Source: a virus (taxonomy: Duplodnaviria; Heunggongvirae; Uroviricota; Caudoviricetes). From it: DNA of 64,000 nucleotides. The notes beneath the pieces are model-generated. The model saw nothing but the letters and a program-made list of their open reading frames with translations, did not search any database and was not told the origin of the DNA. Positions 38,617-47,766 of this stretch are shown piece after piece. Both the position numbers and the translations under genes were made by a program. Positions within the stretch are counted from its first letter, which is position 1. The number at the start of each line of letters is the position of its first letter. The stretch is from the IMG/VR virus record IMGVR_UViG_3300045049_000270. One strand, 5' to 3'.

Positions 38617-38910
38617 ATGCGATCATTTGATATAAGCCGAGTAAAATTTTTCATTTGGCCTATACTGCCTAATGACATAACTACTGCCAACAGTGATAAT
38701 TATAACTATATCACAATGATCGCTAGGGTTCAACACTCAGCAGAGCTGAGTGTTCATGAATGGGTTGAGGAAAATGTAGGCCCTGCTGATGTGCATGGCT
38801 GGTCCTTGGATTTTTCTAGAAAAAGTGGTAAAGCAGCAGTATTGACATTTGATAATGATAGTGAAGTAATTGCATTCAAGTTACGTTTTGGGTTGGATCC
38901 ATTCGAATGA
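38617..38910 (+). CDS. FKL.W-family small protein
   Basis: WVEENVG...IAFKLRF. Confidence 0.75.
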   Translation: MRSFDISRVKFFIWPILPNDITTANSDNYNYITMIARVQHSAELSVHEWVEENVGPADVHGWSLDFSRKSGKAAVLTFDNDSEVIAFKLRFGLDPFE

Positions 38911-39182
38911 TTACTCTTTCCGAGGACGATAGTATTAGTGATTTATATGTGTTGCATCGATGGTGGGTAACTTGGCCATCCGACCGACCAATTATGGATC
39001 GACGTTCAACAGAAAGACTTAATCTTATATATGAAATGAAAACCTACCTATATGAGCATGAATGTCAAGCTTTAATGATGTCGAATATTAATGGTCGATC
39101 TGGTTTCGGGTTCATGAACCAAATTGACGCAATCCAATTCTATTTGACATTTTCCGATCGTGGTGACGTGTTGAAGTTATGA
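38907..39182 (+). CDS. FKL.W-family small protein
   Basis: DAIQFYLTF. Confidence 0.7.
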   Translation: MITLSEDDSISDLYVLHRWWVTWPSDRPIMDRRSTERLNLIYEMKTYLYEHECQALMMSNINGRSGFGFMNQIDAIQFYLTFSDRGDVLKL

Positions 39183-39496
39183 AACTAGTGGAGCACCATT
39201 TTCCCTCAGGAACTAAAAATAGTAAGTTTAAACATTGGGTTGTTTGGGTTGAACTAGGTTCGCACCATCCGGCGATCATACCATATCGAACATTTTGGAC
39301 AGAATACATACCAAAGAAACGCAAATTACACAGTGATATGTATGAATGGGTGTTAATCAATCAAATATCAACCCCTAAAAGAATAGAAAAAATACCTGAA
39401 TTAAATGGTGTAGCTTTTGGCTTCGAAACTGCAGGCGAAGCCATGCAATTTTTATTAGTATTTTCAGATCGAATATTAGAGATAGAACTAAAATGA
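39179..39496 (+). CDS. FKL.W-family small protein
   Basis: EWV...EAMQFLLVF. Confidence 0.7.
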   Translation: MKLVEHHFPSGTKNSKFKHWVVWVELGSHHPAIIPYRTFWTEYIPKKRKLHSDMYEWVLINQISTPKRIEKIPELNGVAFGFETAGEAMQFLLVFSDRILEIELK

Positions 39497-39717
39497 CACG
39501 AACAGTCGCGCAAACATATTTTGACGAAGAAAGTGGTGAATTGATGCTTGATTTACCACAAGAGGTCATTGATACATTAGGTTTCGAACCAGGTGACATG
39601 GTGGAATGGGCTATTGATGTTGGTGGTAGAGTCACTTTCTCCAAGTATTATGGTGATGCGGCCGAGGCTAGTGAAAACGTTACAGAAATAGTGTCCAAAA
39701 GCGACAAAACCAGTTGA
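39493..39717 (+). CDS. AbrB/MazE-like swapped-hairpin domain protein
   Basis: L.LDLP.EV...LG..PGD.VEW pattern. Confidence 0.65.
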   Translation: MTRTVAQTYFDEESGELMLDLPQEVIDTLGFEPGDMVEWAIDVGGRVTFSKYYGDAAEASENVTEIVSKSDKTS

Positions 39718-39765
39718 CAGAAAAGGTGCCATACTGTAAAGTATAAATCTGGTATGGGGCCTATC

Positions 39766-39957
39766 ATGGAACAAATTTATGTGACTTGCGATCAAAATGG
39801 TAAAACATTACTCGCAGACGTTCTCTCAAAAACGAAAAACAGCATGAAGGTGGCTGTGGTAGGATCAAACCTCGTGCTTGAGTTACACCGGCAGGGTAAA
39901 GTGTTTGAAGGTCAAGCTGCCGGCCTGACCTTCGAGAGCGTTGGCATAATCGTATGA
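39766..39957 (+). CDS. hypothetical protein
   Basis: 63-aa ORF after TTGACA promoter. Confidence 0.6.
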   Translation: MEQIYVTCDQNGKTLLADVLSKTKNSMKVAVVGSNLVLELHRQGKVFEGQAAGLTFESVGIIV

Positions 39958-40082
39958 AAACTGTTCGTGACACACTAATTTGTGTCTTAATCATCTATAT
40001 GATGATTTCATATTACGATCAGTTTACGATGGGCTTGAGTTACTTACAGATTGCGTTGTCACATTAACAACAAAAGGTAAGA

Positions 40083-40601
40083 ATGTTCAGCAATAATGTG
40101 TTTTCAGATGGCGACGGTTGCGTGGCTGATTTTGATACTGGTTTCGAGACTAGATTTGGTGTCGAAGCAAAAGGTCTGAAGGTCGAAGTCTGGCAACAAA
40201 TGATTGCTGATACTCAAGGTCAGTTCTTTGAAGAGCTGCCACTGATGCCCAATTGGGAATATTATTGGGGAAGCATTCTTCCGTATAAACCACGGATTTT
40301 GACTGGCTGCCCTCGTATTGGCTATGACTTGGCTGCTGATGCCAAGGTTGCTTATTATATGAAGCATCTTGGGCCTTCTTATCGTGAAATGCACGGTGAG
40401 GACCTCAAGGTAATCACATGTCTGAGCAAAGAAAAACCACTCCACATGACGGCACCGGGTGACGTCCTTATTGATGATATGATTTACAACTTGAAAGCGT
40501 GGGAAAAAGCGGGTGGTCGAACTGTCCGTTTCAAGACTGCGAAACAAGCTGTGTATTTCTTCAATAAGGTGATCGTAGATGAACCGATCAAAGCTGCGTA
40601 A
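40083..40601 (+). CDS. HAD-family 5'(3')-deoxyribonucleotidase-like protein
   Basis: D.DG.VADF, ILTG, K, LIDD...N...W..AGG motifs. Confidence 0.85.
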   Translation: MFSNNVFSDGDGCVADFDTGFETRFGVEAKGLKVEVWQQMIADTQGQFFEELPLMPNWEYYWGSILPYKPRILTGCPRIGYDLAADAKVAYYMKHLGPSYREMHGEDLKVITCLSKEKPLHMTAPGDVLIDDMIYNLKAWEKAGGRTVRFKTAKQAVYFFNKVIVDEPIKAA

Positions 40602-40617
40602 ACCATAACGTAAGCAA

Positions 40618-40643
40618 CGAAGGGGAGCGAATGCTCCCCTTCA
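40618..40643. terminator. terminator hairpin between convergent genes
   Basis: GAAGGGGAGC-gaat-GCTCCCCTTC. Confidence 0.7.
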
Positions 40644-40649
40644 CCATGA

Positions 40650-40986
40650 TTATATCATTTTTCTAAAATGATAGTCTTTGTACGGCTTATCAGATCTACA
40701 GGCATGATCAACCATACCATAACTCAATCCATGTTCTTTACAAAACTCTTTTCTATCAGTAACGATGACAGTGCTCTTTAACCGTTAATAGAACTAAGTT
40801 TTCTTTATGGTCTGCACCGCCTATAGTTCTAGGAACTATATGGTGAGATTCATAATATTGATATTCCGGATCAGATCGCTTACGTTTGCGGCGCTTTTCA
40901 CTCAGTGCTCGTTGAATAATAGAAATATACCATTTGGTATATTTGTTTCTGAGGAATGGTAATGAATCGATGCTATAAATAGCCAT
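40650..40986 (-). pseudogene. degenerate HNH homing endonuclease (internal deletion and frameshift)
   Basis: KY..WY..II..A...E.HHI.P...GG....NLV.LT..EH, then out-of-frame tail RKEFCKEHGL... Confidence 0.8.
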
Positions 40987-41113
40987 GCTGATACTTCCTT
41001 ATCAAGTGTTAGAGCCAGTAGGTGTTCCTCCACCGTGACTGGCATTCATTATTTATGGCACACTTGACAATTTGGCTACAAGCTATATCATATAGCTTTC
41101 TTTGAGTAAAAAT

Positions 41114-42151
41114 ATGCGAATCATCAACGAAGTAAAACTCGATTTCAAAGATGTTTTGTTGGTTCCTAAGAGATCAGCATTGTCTTCCCGCAAGGAAGTA
41201 GATATCACGCGTTCATTCAAATTTCCACATACTTCCCAAACATGGGAAGGTGTGCCAATCATCGCAGCCAACATGGATACAACTGGTACCTTCGAGATGT
41301 TTAATGCTCTCAAGGATCATAAAATGATGACTGCGCTTCAAAAGCATTACTCTGAAGCCGATCTACTAGCACATTTTCAATCTGATCTTGCTCAACAGTT
41401 CAGCTTCTACAGCATGGGTATTGGCGAGCACGATTATGCTAAATTTGTTCATGTATACCACAACCTTAAGATTTCAAAGGTTTGTATCGACGTAGCAAAT
41501 GGTTATTCCGAAACATTTGTTGCTTTCATCGAAAAATTGCGTACGAATTACCCAGAGTTGATTATTATGGCCGGCAATGTCGTAACCGGTGAAATGGCAG
41601 AACAATTGATTCTATCTGGCGCCGATATCGTCAAGGTTGGTATTGGTCCTGGTAGCGTTTGTACAACACGCAAGATGACTGGCGTCGGCTACCCGCAACT
41701 TTCTGCTATCATTGAGTGTGCAGATTCGGCACACGGTGTAAAGGGTTTGATTTGCGCAGATGGTGGGTGTACGGTTCCTGGTGATCTCGCAAAAGCATTT
41801 GGTGCTGGTGCTGATTTTGTCATGTTGGGTGGCATGCTTGCTGGTCATGACGAATCAGCAGGTGAAATCGTTACTACTGAATCTGGCGAAATTTTCAAAG
41901 AGTTTTACGGTATGAGTTCTGACACTGCTATGAACAAATATGCTGGTGGTGTTGCGGAGTATCGTGCAAGCGAAGGCAAGACAGTTCAAGTGCCATATCG
42001 TGGACCTGTTGCTAGTACTATCCAGGGAATCCTTGGGGGCGTCCGCAGCGCTTGTACTTATGTCGGTGCTGAAAAACTGAAAGAATTGAGCAAACGCACT
42101 ACCTTTGTGCGAGTGACGCAGCAGTTGAACGAAGTTTTCGGTAAATCATAA
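41114..42151 (+). CDS. guaC: GMP reductase
   Basis: [40 protein letters not shown]. Confidence 0.96.
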   Translation: MRIINEVKLDFKDVLLVPKRSALSSRKEVDITRSFKFPHTSQTWEGVPIIAANMDTTGTFEMFNALKDHKMMTALQKHYSEADLLAHFQSDLAQQFSFYSMGIGEHDYAKFVHVYHNLKISKVCIDVANGYSETFVAFIEKLRTNYPELIIMAGNVVTGEMAEQLILSGADIVKVGIGPGSVCTTRKMTGVGYPQLSAIIECADSAHGVKGLICADGGCTVPGDLAKAFGAGADFVMLGGMLAGHDESAGEIVTTESGEIFKEFYGMSSDTAMNKYAGGVAEYRASEGKTVQVPYRGPVASTIQGILGGVRSACTYVGAEKLKELSKRTTFVRVTQQLNEVFGKS

Positions 42152-42165
42152 TTGGTGGTTTGAAC

Positions 42166-42663
42166 ATGCAAGTTGATGATTTTTTGAATGTCGCAGGTTA
42201 CCAGATTCATGAAGGTGGCAAGTATTGTTGGAATTGCTATGGTGATCGCGCGTGGCAATTTGATTTCAAAAATGATGTGAGTATCGTTTTTGATCTCGAT
42301 ACAAAATTGATTTATGAAATCAGTGTGTGGTCTTCCGAACTTGAAAGATCAATGATTTGGGTTGATCCTACTTATGAAGTAACTTTAGTTCGAGAAGCAA
42401 CTGAACGCGGATATCCGATTGACTATCGCTGCCACGTGTTGAGTCATAAATCGATGATGACGCTTGTGGATCAAGCATTTTCTGGCAAAACACTCGATCT
42501 GGATTTAGCAAATTTCATCGATATTGATCTTACTGAAGAAGAGCAAGAATATCTAAAGATGGCGGCAGAACGTGAAGGCGTAACCATTGATGAATATGTG
42601 AACAAGGTTCTTACAGAAGCTGTCGAAAGACACAAGGCGGGCAAGGAATCACTTGCTGACTAA
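42166..42663 (+). CDS. conserved phage hypothetical protein
   Basis: Y.I..G..Y.W.CYG..A motif. Confidence 0.75.
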   Translation: MQVDDFLNVAGYQIHEGGKYCWNCYGDRAWQFDFKNDVSIVFDLDTKLIYEISVWSSELERSMIWVDPTYEVTLVREATERGYPIDYRCHVLSHKSMMTLVDQAFSGKTLDLDLANFIDIDLTEEEQEYLKMAAEREGVTIDEYVNKVLTEAVERHKAGKESLAD

Positions 42664-42702
42664 TTTAAGTCAGATCACGTTCATCTACAAGTGTGTTATC
42701 AT

Positions 42703-43176
42703 ATGCATATTGACTGGTACATTGAGCAATTCAAGTATGAAATTGATGGATCGTCAGTCTTTTCGTGGTCATGTTTCGGAGTCCGTTGTCGCGTTATGGA
42801 CTTCAACAATGTTTCAGTTGTGTTCGATCAAGCAAGACAAAGCGTCTATGCACTGATGATTACGCCAGTCAATGCGCCACACACCATGTATGTTTGGGTT
42901 CGTGATGATAAAGAAGTCGCATTCAAAAATGAAGCTAGAGCTAGTGGGATCGAATTCCTATACCTACACAGCCAGAGTATTGCCAACAAATGGGCGATGG
43001 CTAGTTTCAAGAATTGCGAAGTAGATTTGACTGAAGATGAGTATATCGAGCTTTCACTTTCTAGTGAATATTTGGAAAAACTCAACATGCTTCTTGATCA
43101 AGGAATATCATTTGATAAATTAGTTGAGAACGCTCTCACTAATTTATCAAACGATGATTGCACAACGGATACTTAA
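42703..43176 (+). CDS. hypothetical protein, paralogue of 42166..42663
   Basis: Y.I.G...F.W.CFG and VS.VFD shared with upstream gene. Confidence 0.72.
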   Translation: MHIDWYIEQFKYEIDGSSVFSWSCFGVRCRVMDFNNVSVVFDQARQSVYALMITPVNAPHTMYVWVRDDKEVAFKNEARASGIEFLYLHSQSIANKWAMASFKNCEVDLTEDEYIELSLSSEYLEKLNMLLDQGISFDKLVENALTNLSNDDCTTDT

Positions 43177-43813
43177 ACGAGCAGCTATCCTGCATAAGCA
43201 GGTTTATACCGTACTGGCTGGTTATGCTGGAAAAACTGTCAAAGCGAGTACCCTCCGCGTTGCCCTCAACAAAAAGTTAGGGCGTCAACATGGTTTAATA
43301 TTCAGACAATCTGCAACGCCAGAAGCATATGGAGTTGTGGTTGAAGGAATGTTTGAATATACCGATTCCCATCGCACAACAATTGACATCACACTCTGCT
43401 ATTCAATTGAATTAATTGATATGACAGCAAATATGATTGCTGAACTATGCGTAAAACTAGTTCAGACTATCATACATGAATTAACACATCGTGAACAACA
43501 CAAGAGCATTAGAAAGCGTGGATCTCGTGCTCGTTCGATTTCAATCGCTACCGAATATCTGGCTAATAAACATGAAATCGATGCATATGCTAATGATGTA
43601 GCATATGAATTGTTCGTAACAACCAAGGCTGACTTACTACGCAATGGCAGCAAAGTCAGCCTTGGTGAATGCTTGCATTTGGCTGTGTTCTTTGAACATT
43701 TCAACCCAACAAGTGATGAATATCGTAGGTTCATCAGAAAGGTCTATCGCAATCTTAGTGTTTTGCATTCAACGTTTGCGAATGTAGACATTAAAACTAC
43801 CACCATTCGGTAA
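43154..43813 (+). CDS. putative HExxH zinc-metallopeptidase-like protein
   Basis: IIHELTHREQ...YL....EIDAYA. Confidence 0.65.
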   Translation: MIAQRILKRAAILHKQVYTVLAGYAGKTVKASTLRVALNKKLGRQHGLIFRQSATPEAYGVVVEGMFEYTDSHRTTIDITLCYSIELIDMTANMIAELCVKLVQTIIHELTHREQHKSIRKRGSRARSISIATEYLANKHEIDAYANDVAYELFVTTKADLLRNGSKVSLGECLHLAVFFEHFNPTSDEYRRFIRKVYRNLSVLHSTFANVDIKTTTIR

Positions 43814-44125
43814 TGGTCTGATAAAACGTACATAAGCAGCAAGTCTTGGATTGTCCATCCAAGCTTCAAACTCTTGACGAATTTGACCGCTCTTTCCTGT
43901 GATGATTGTGATTTGATGTAAACTATATTCATAAGCACGAGCACATAGTTTGATTGTATGATCGAATGCTTGCTGAACAGTCATACCGTGTAAGTCATAG
44001 CTCAGAACTTCACGAACTGGTGTCGTATAGACTGGTACATCCTTCTGTGAAATCACTTGTTTTTGTTCTAGGGGTTGCACACCGTTAATGGCTCGCAGCC
44101 ATTCTTCTTTATCTTCGTTTTCCAT
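43769..44125 (-). CDS. Smr-domain protein
   Basis: DLHGMT..QA, IITGKSG, NGG motifs; W....V.PL N-terminus as in SmrA/SmrB. Confidence 0.85.
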   Translation of the reverse strand: MENEDKEEWLRAINGVQPLEQKQVISQKDVPVYTTPVREVLSYDLHGMTVQQAFDHTIKLCARAYEYSLHQITIITGKSGQIRQEFEAWMDNPRLAAYVRFIRPLPNGGSFNVYIRKR

Positions 44126-44136
44126 GATCCACTCAT

Positions 44137-44170
44137 AATGAAAGCCCTAGTATACTAGGGCTTTCATTAT
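44137..44170. terminator. terminator hairpin
   Basis: AATGAAAGCCCTAG-tata-CTAGGGCTTTCATT. Confidence 0.75.
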
Positions 44171-44184
44171 ACTCAAAATCGAGA

Positions 44185-44709
44185 TTAAGCCATCAAACCG
44201 GCGGCCTGCAGAGCTGCCAACAGGGCATTGAAGTTTGCCATAGCTGTCGCATCTGTCCAACCTGATGCATTAGCTTGGTGAGCAGCTTCTTTAACCAAAC
44301 CAGCTGTTGTAGTTGATGCTGTTGGAATAGCTGCGATTGCAGTCTTAACGAAAGCGGTGCTTGCTGCGGCTGTACTGTTGTCTGTTGCCAATGGTGTTGG
44401 CACAGTTACCACACCAGTAAATACTGGGCTTGCTGATGGTGCTCCACCAACGCCTGTAACATCCGCAAGAGTCAGAGTTACAACACCAGTACGTCCATTG
44501 AATGATGTAACTTCTGCACCATCTGATGAGCCGCTAGTAGTGAGATAGTTGAGGCTGTTATAAGCAGTAACACCATCACCAATCTTTACTTTATTGGTAT
44601 CAGTTTCGATACCGATTTCGCCAATAGACAGAACTGGGTTCTCGGCTGTCCATGATGCGGCATCACCTGCCTTACGCAGAGCTTGTGCTTTGTAAATACC
44701 TGTTGACAT
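44185..44709 (-). CDS. putative head/tail fibre protein
   Basis: NPVL..GEIG.ETDT...KIGDG, VTSFNGRTG.V.L, FNALLAALQAAG motifs; TAAATA upstream on minus strand. Confidence 0.75.
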   Translation of the reverse strand: MSTGIYKAQALRKAGDAASWTAENPVLSIGEIGIETDTNKVKIGDGVTAYNSLNYLTTSGSSDGAEVTSFNGRTGVVTLTLADVTGVGGAPSASPVFTGVVTVPTPLATDNSTAAASTAFVKTAIAAIPTASTTTAGLVKEAAHQANASGWTDATAMANFNALLAALQAAGLMA

Positions 44710-44792
44710 TATTTTCTCCAATATTTTGATTAATTTTGTGACTAAACCATTAAAAAATTATAATCTACGTATTTATTAATTTGCGAAAGCGA

Positions 44793-44832
44793 AGAGGCCT
44801 TTGGCGCTCACCCTCTCTAAAATTCTGGTGCC
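44793..44832 (+). promoter_or_regulatory. preQ1-I-like H-type pseudoknot upstream of queD (candidate riboswitch)
   Basis: AGAGG/CCTCT stem; loop GGCGC can pair with GTGCC after an A-rich linker. Confidence 0.45.
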
Positions 44833-44858
44833 TTTAACTATCAATAAGAAGGTAAGAA

Positions 44859-45488
44859 ATGGATATCAAACATAATACAGAGCAAGGTTCTTTCACGGTT
44901 GGCATCGACGATGAATCTATTAAATTGGCTGCATCCATAGGGATTGATGCAGTAGCAGAAATCAATGCCGCTTTGAACAAAGATGCCGCTGAAATGCGTA
45001 CTCAAATGCCAAAGGTTGCCAAGAAATTTCTCTCAACAAAGACATACGGCAATGATCGTGGTCTTAGCTGTTGCTTCCGCCAATGGCGTTCTACCCATTC
45101 CCATTGCTCAATGGTTCATGGTTATTCGATTGGCGTAAAGTTCATCTTCGAATGCGATGAACTCGATGAACGGAATTGGGTATATGATTTTGGCGGGCTT
45201 AAAGATATCAAAGCATGGTTGGAATACATGTTCGATCACACGATGCTAGTTGCCGAGGATGATCCAATGTTACAGTTCTGGAAGCAGACAGTTGCCGATC
45301 ACCCAGGCACCATCGATCTTCGTGTTGTCCCAGGGGTTGGTTGTGAACGTTTTGCTGAATTGATTTTCGACCATGTTACGAAGTACCTAGATGAACATCG
45401 AGACACTATGCTAAACAAGACAGCACGACTGAAATCAGTCGAAGTCTTTGAGCATGGAGCAAATTCTGCCGTTGTAGAACGAGCCTAA
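44859..45488 (+). CDS. queD: 6-pyruvoyl-tetrahydropterin synthase/QueD-like protein with N-terminal extension
   Basis: SHC..VHGY, V.DFG.LK, FDH, E.FAE, VEV.E motifs. Confidence 0.88.
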   Translation: MDIKHNTEQGSFTVGIDDESIKLAASIGIDAVAEINAALNKDAAEMRTQMPKVAKKFLSTKTYGNDRGLSCCFRQWRSTHSHCSMVHGYSIGVKFIFECDELDERNWVYDFGGLKDIKAWLEYMFDHTMLVAEDDPMLQFWKQTVADHPGTIDLRVVPGVGCERFAELIFDHVTKYLDEHRDTMLNKTARLKSVEVFEHGANSAVVERA

Positions 45489-45574
45489 AATCAAATAATG
45501 CTTGACTGCCAATTCAAGTGAATACAGAATTGGCAGCGTTGTTTCTTTCTCAACTTATAGGAGCTATCAACAAC

Positions 45575-46267
45575 ATGAGCACTTCTCTTACTGCCGAAGG
45601 TCTCAATTCGGCTATGCTGAAGGTCTACAATTATGTATTCCTAGCACTGCTGTATACGGGTTTGGTTTCACTTTTCGTTGAAAGCAACAAGGTTCTGCTG
45701 GCGGTCACACAAACCGTCCCTGTTGTGATCGGCTTGATAATCACAAGCTTCATTCTCGTGATCGCAATTAATTCAGTCCGAAAAGGAACGTCGAAATCGG
45801 CACTAACCGGAATGTTTGGTGTATTTGCTACTATCTGGGGCGTGCTACTGGCGAGCGTTGTATCAAGGTATACGACGGCATCTTTGTTCCTTGCATTGTT
45901 CTCGGCAGCGATCCTGTTCCTGTCAATGTCAGGTTACGGATATTTTACCAAACGTGATATCACGTCATTCGGCCAATACTTGTTCATTGCATTGATCGCA
46001 TTGATTATTGCGATGATCATCAATATGTTCGTTGGCAGCTCTGTACTCACTATGGTGATCTCTGCCCTTGCAGTCCTGGTATTCATTGGTATTACCGCTT
46101 GGGACGCCCAGACGATTCGCAATAATCTTTATGCGGCGAGTGGCGATGAAGATGCACTTAACTACGCTACAATCAACGGTGCTTTGTCTCTGTACTTGGA
46201 TTTCCTGAATCTGGCTCTGAACTTGCTTGAATTGTTTGGTGTCAAGGTTCCTGGCAACAGCGACTAA
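45575..46267 (+). CDS. Bax inhibitor-1/YccA family membrane protein
   Basis: ~7 TM; GY.TKRD, AWD.Q.I, GAL.LYLDF.NL. Confidence 0.9.
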   Translation: MSTSLTAEGLNSAMLKVYNYVFLALLYTGLVSLFVESNKVLLAVTQTVPVVIGLIITSFILVIAINSVRKGTSKSALTGMFGVFATIWGVLLASVVSRYTTASLFLALFSAAILFLSMSGYGYFTKRDITSFGQYLFIALIALIIAMIINMFVGSSVLTMVISALAVLVFIGITAWDAQTIRNNLYAASGDEDALNYATINGALSLYLDFLNLALNLLELFGVKVPGNSD

Positions 46268-46285
46268 GTGATCTGAACAATAGAA

Positions 46286-46317
46286 CACAAGATGGCCCCC
46301 TAGGGGGCCATCTTGTC
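46286..46317 (+). terminator. terminator hairpin
   Basis: ACAAGATGGCCCCC-ta-GGGGGCCATCTTGT. Confidence 0.75.
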
Positions 46318-46564
46318 ATCCACATACCTTGAGTCGAATGCTTTATACGAGTACCATGGTGGCTCTTTGGTGACTTTCTATGATTGGTGTGTTATCAAAC
46401 AATTTGGTAAAAACTTAATATAAAGGCTTGTATAGTTGCCAGTCTTATGTAGAATATGACTTACGGTACGCGATGTGCCGAAAGCAACTGGCAAGCAAAA
46501 CGTTCCGCTGCACAGATGCATCCCTTATAAAGTGAACGTCAGCTGTAAATTTGAAATATTCAAA

Positions 46565-46864
46565 ATGGCAACTAAACTCTCAACGCGTAAAGAACTCGAA
46601 ACTTTCTTGTCCAGCCTCGAGCTTCACGTTACACCGTCAATTCACGTTAACGGTAAAGAGCACCCCACCGCAGTAGTCGTTGTTGACTTCGGCGCACCCC
46701 TCAATCAAGTCAAGCTCTCACCCGAGCAGCATCAAGAACTAGCAGGTAAGCTGCGGAAATTCACCAAGGAATTGGTAACGAAGGATACGACAAAGGATCT
46801 TAACGTCCGCATCTCGTCCGACAACTACCTGGGCCTGGTTTTCTGGTCCGCTATGACTCACTAA
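46565..46864 (+). CDS. hypothetical protein
   Basis: 99 aa, biased codon usage, own promoter and terminator. Confidence 0.7.
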   Translation: MATKLSTRKELETFLSSLELHVTPSIHVNGKEHPTAVVVVDFGAPLNQVKLSPEQHQELAGKLRKFTKELVTKDTTKDLNVRISSDNYLGLVFWSAMTH

Positions 46865-46881
46865 GAGTTGCAGCCGTGGTA

Positions 46882-46907
46882 AGAAAAGCCCCAATTGGGG
46901 CTTTTCT
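46882..46907. terminator. bidirectional terminator
   Basis: GAAAAGCCCC-aatt-GGGGCTTTTC between convergent genes. Confidence 0.8.
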
Positions 46908-47218
46908 TACGAGTGAAGTAAATCACAAAATGTCAATTTGAAAAGTACGGCATCGCGTACTCTAACAAATCGAAACTCAAGACGATTATCATCAATCGTT
47001 TGTGTGATAACACCTTGTGCATTTATCCATGTGGTGGTGTTGAAATTCACCCTGACACCACGTTTGCTAACGTTGGTCTGCACCCAATCATATACGTCTC
47101 GGTAAGCATCAGGACTATAGATCAAGCTCACTGAGTGACGATATATGATATGTGCAATGAAAGATAAAATTTTACTGGATGACTTACGGATCATGGCTCT
47201 AAGCGAGGACGGCTTCAT
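46907..47218 (-). CDS. FKL.W-family small protein (array B)
   Basis: DWVQTN...DAVLFKLTF. Confidence 0.75.
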   Translation of the reverse strand: MKPSSLRAMIRKSSSKILSFIAHIIYRHSVSLIYSPDAYRDVYDWVQTNVSKRGVRVNFNTTTWINAQGVITQTIDDNRLEFRFVRVRDAVLFKLTFCDLLHS

Positions 47219-47487
47219 TATACACTACCAGCCTTGAAATCATTCCAACTCAGCTTAAACGCAACAGCATCAGCGTCATTCTTGAACTGAATGAAGAATG
47301 AAACGAATCCATCTTCTTTGCGTCCATGCTCATCAAATACAAGCGCCACTGAAGATGAATCAACATTATTAGTCAACATCCAATTTTTGAACAAATCAGT
47401 TGGACGTGGAACGATAGACACCGAGCCTTGTTCGGCCTCAGTAAGGACCAAGACCATCACAACGTTATCTACTTGTAAAGTAATCAT
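47218..47487 (-). CDS. FKL.W-family small protein (array B)
   Basis: WMLTN...DAVAFKLSW. Confidence 0.75.
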   Translation of the reverse strand: MITLQVDNVVMVLVLTEAEQGSVSIVPRPTDLFKNWMLTNNVDSSSVALVFDEHGRKEDGFVSFFIQFKNDADAVAFKLSWNDFKAGSV

Positions 47488-47765
47488 TAGCTGAATATAA
47501 GCTTTATTTTGACAGCAAGCACTGGATCATTCATTCCAATTCTAACATAGTTCGGATCATCTGGGCTGGCACCATAATACATCCAATCTTTACCCCATAC
47601 ACCAACCTCAGCAACCATTGTAGGCATGATTGCATCGAGTGCATCATAGTTGTAATAGATATTTTGATCTGGCCCCATCGATACCTTCAACCTGGCTTCT
47701 TGCGGCCAAGGAATATCAAATGTAACTTGAAACTCAGACATCTTGCGGGCTGGATATGTTGTCAT
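47487..47765 (-). CDS. FKL.W-family small protein (array B)
   Basis: LAVKIKLIF. Confidence 0.68.
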   Translation of the reverse strand: MTTYPARKMSEFQVTFDIPWPQEARLKVSMGPDQNIYYNYDALDAIMPTMVAEVGVWGKDWMYYGASPDDPNYVRIGMNDPVLAVKIKLIFS

Positions 47766-47766
47766 T

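Larger units (their letters stand above)
31131..39496 (+). repeat. tandem array A of ~29 paralogous FKL.W-family genes
   Basis: consecutive, mostly 70-130-aa ORFs sharing W..EN.G / G.GW / D..A..FKL.W. Confidence 0.85.

Noticed and set aside
31131-39496. CRISPR array, DGR or integron as the explanation for the gene arrays
   Set aside because: No identical DNA repeats with spacers, no reverse transcriptase or TR/VR pair, no integrase or attC-like palindromes between units; similarity is at protein-motif level.
39493-39957. TGA-readthrough fusion of the AbrB-like ORF with the next ORF
   Set aside because: The frame is open, but the spacer begins with a TTGACA promoter for the downstream gene; coincidence is likely.
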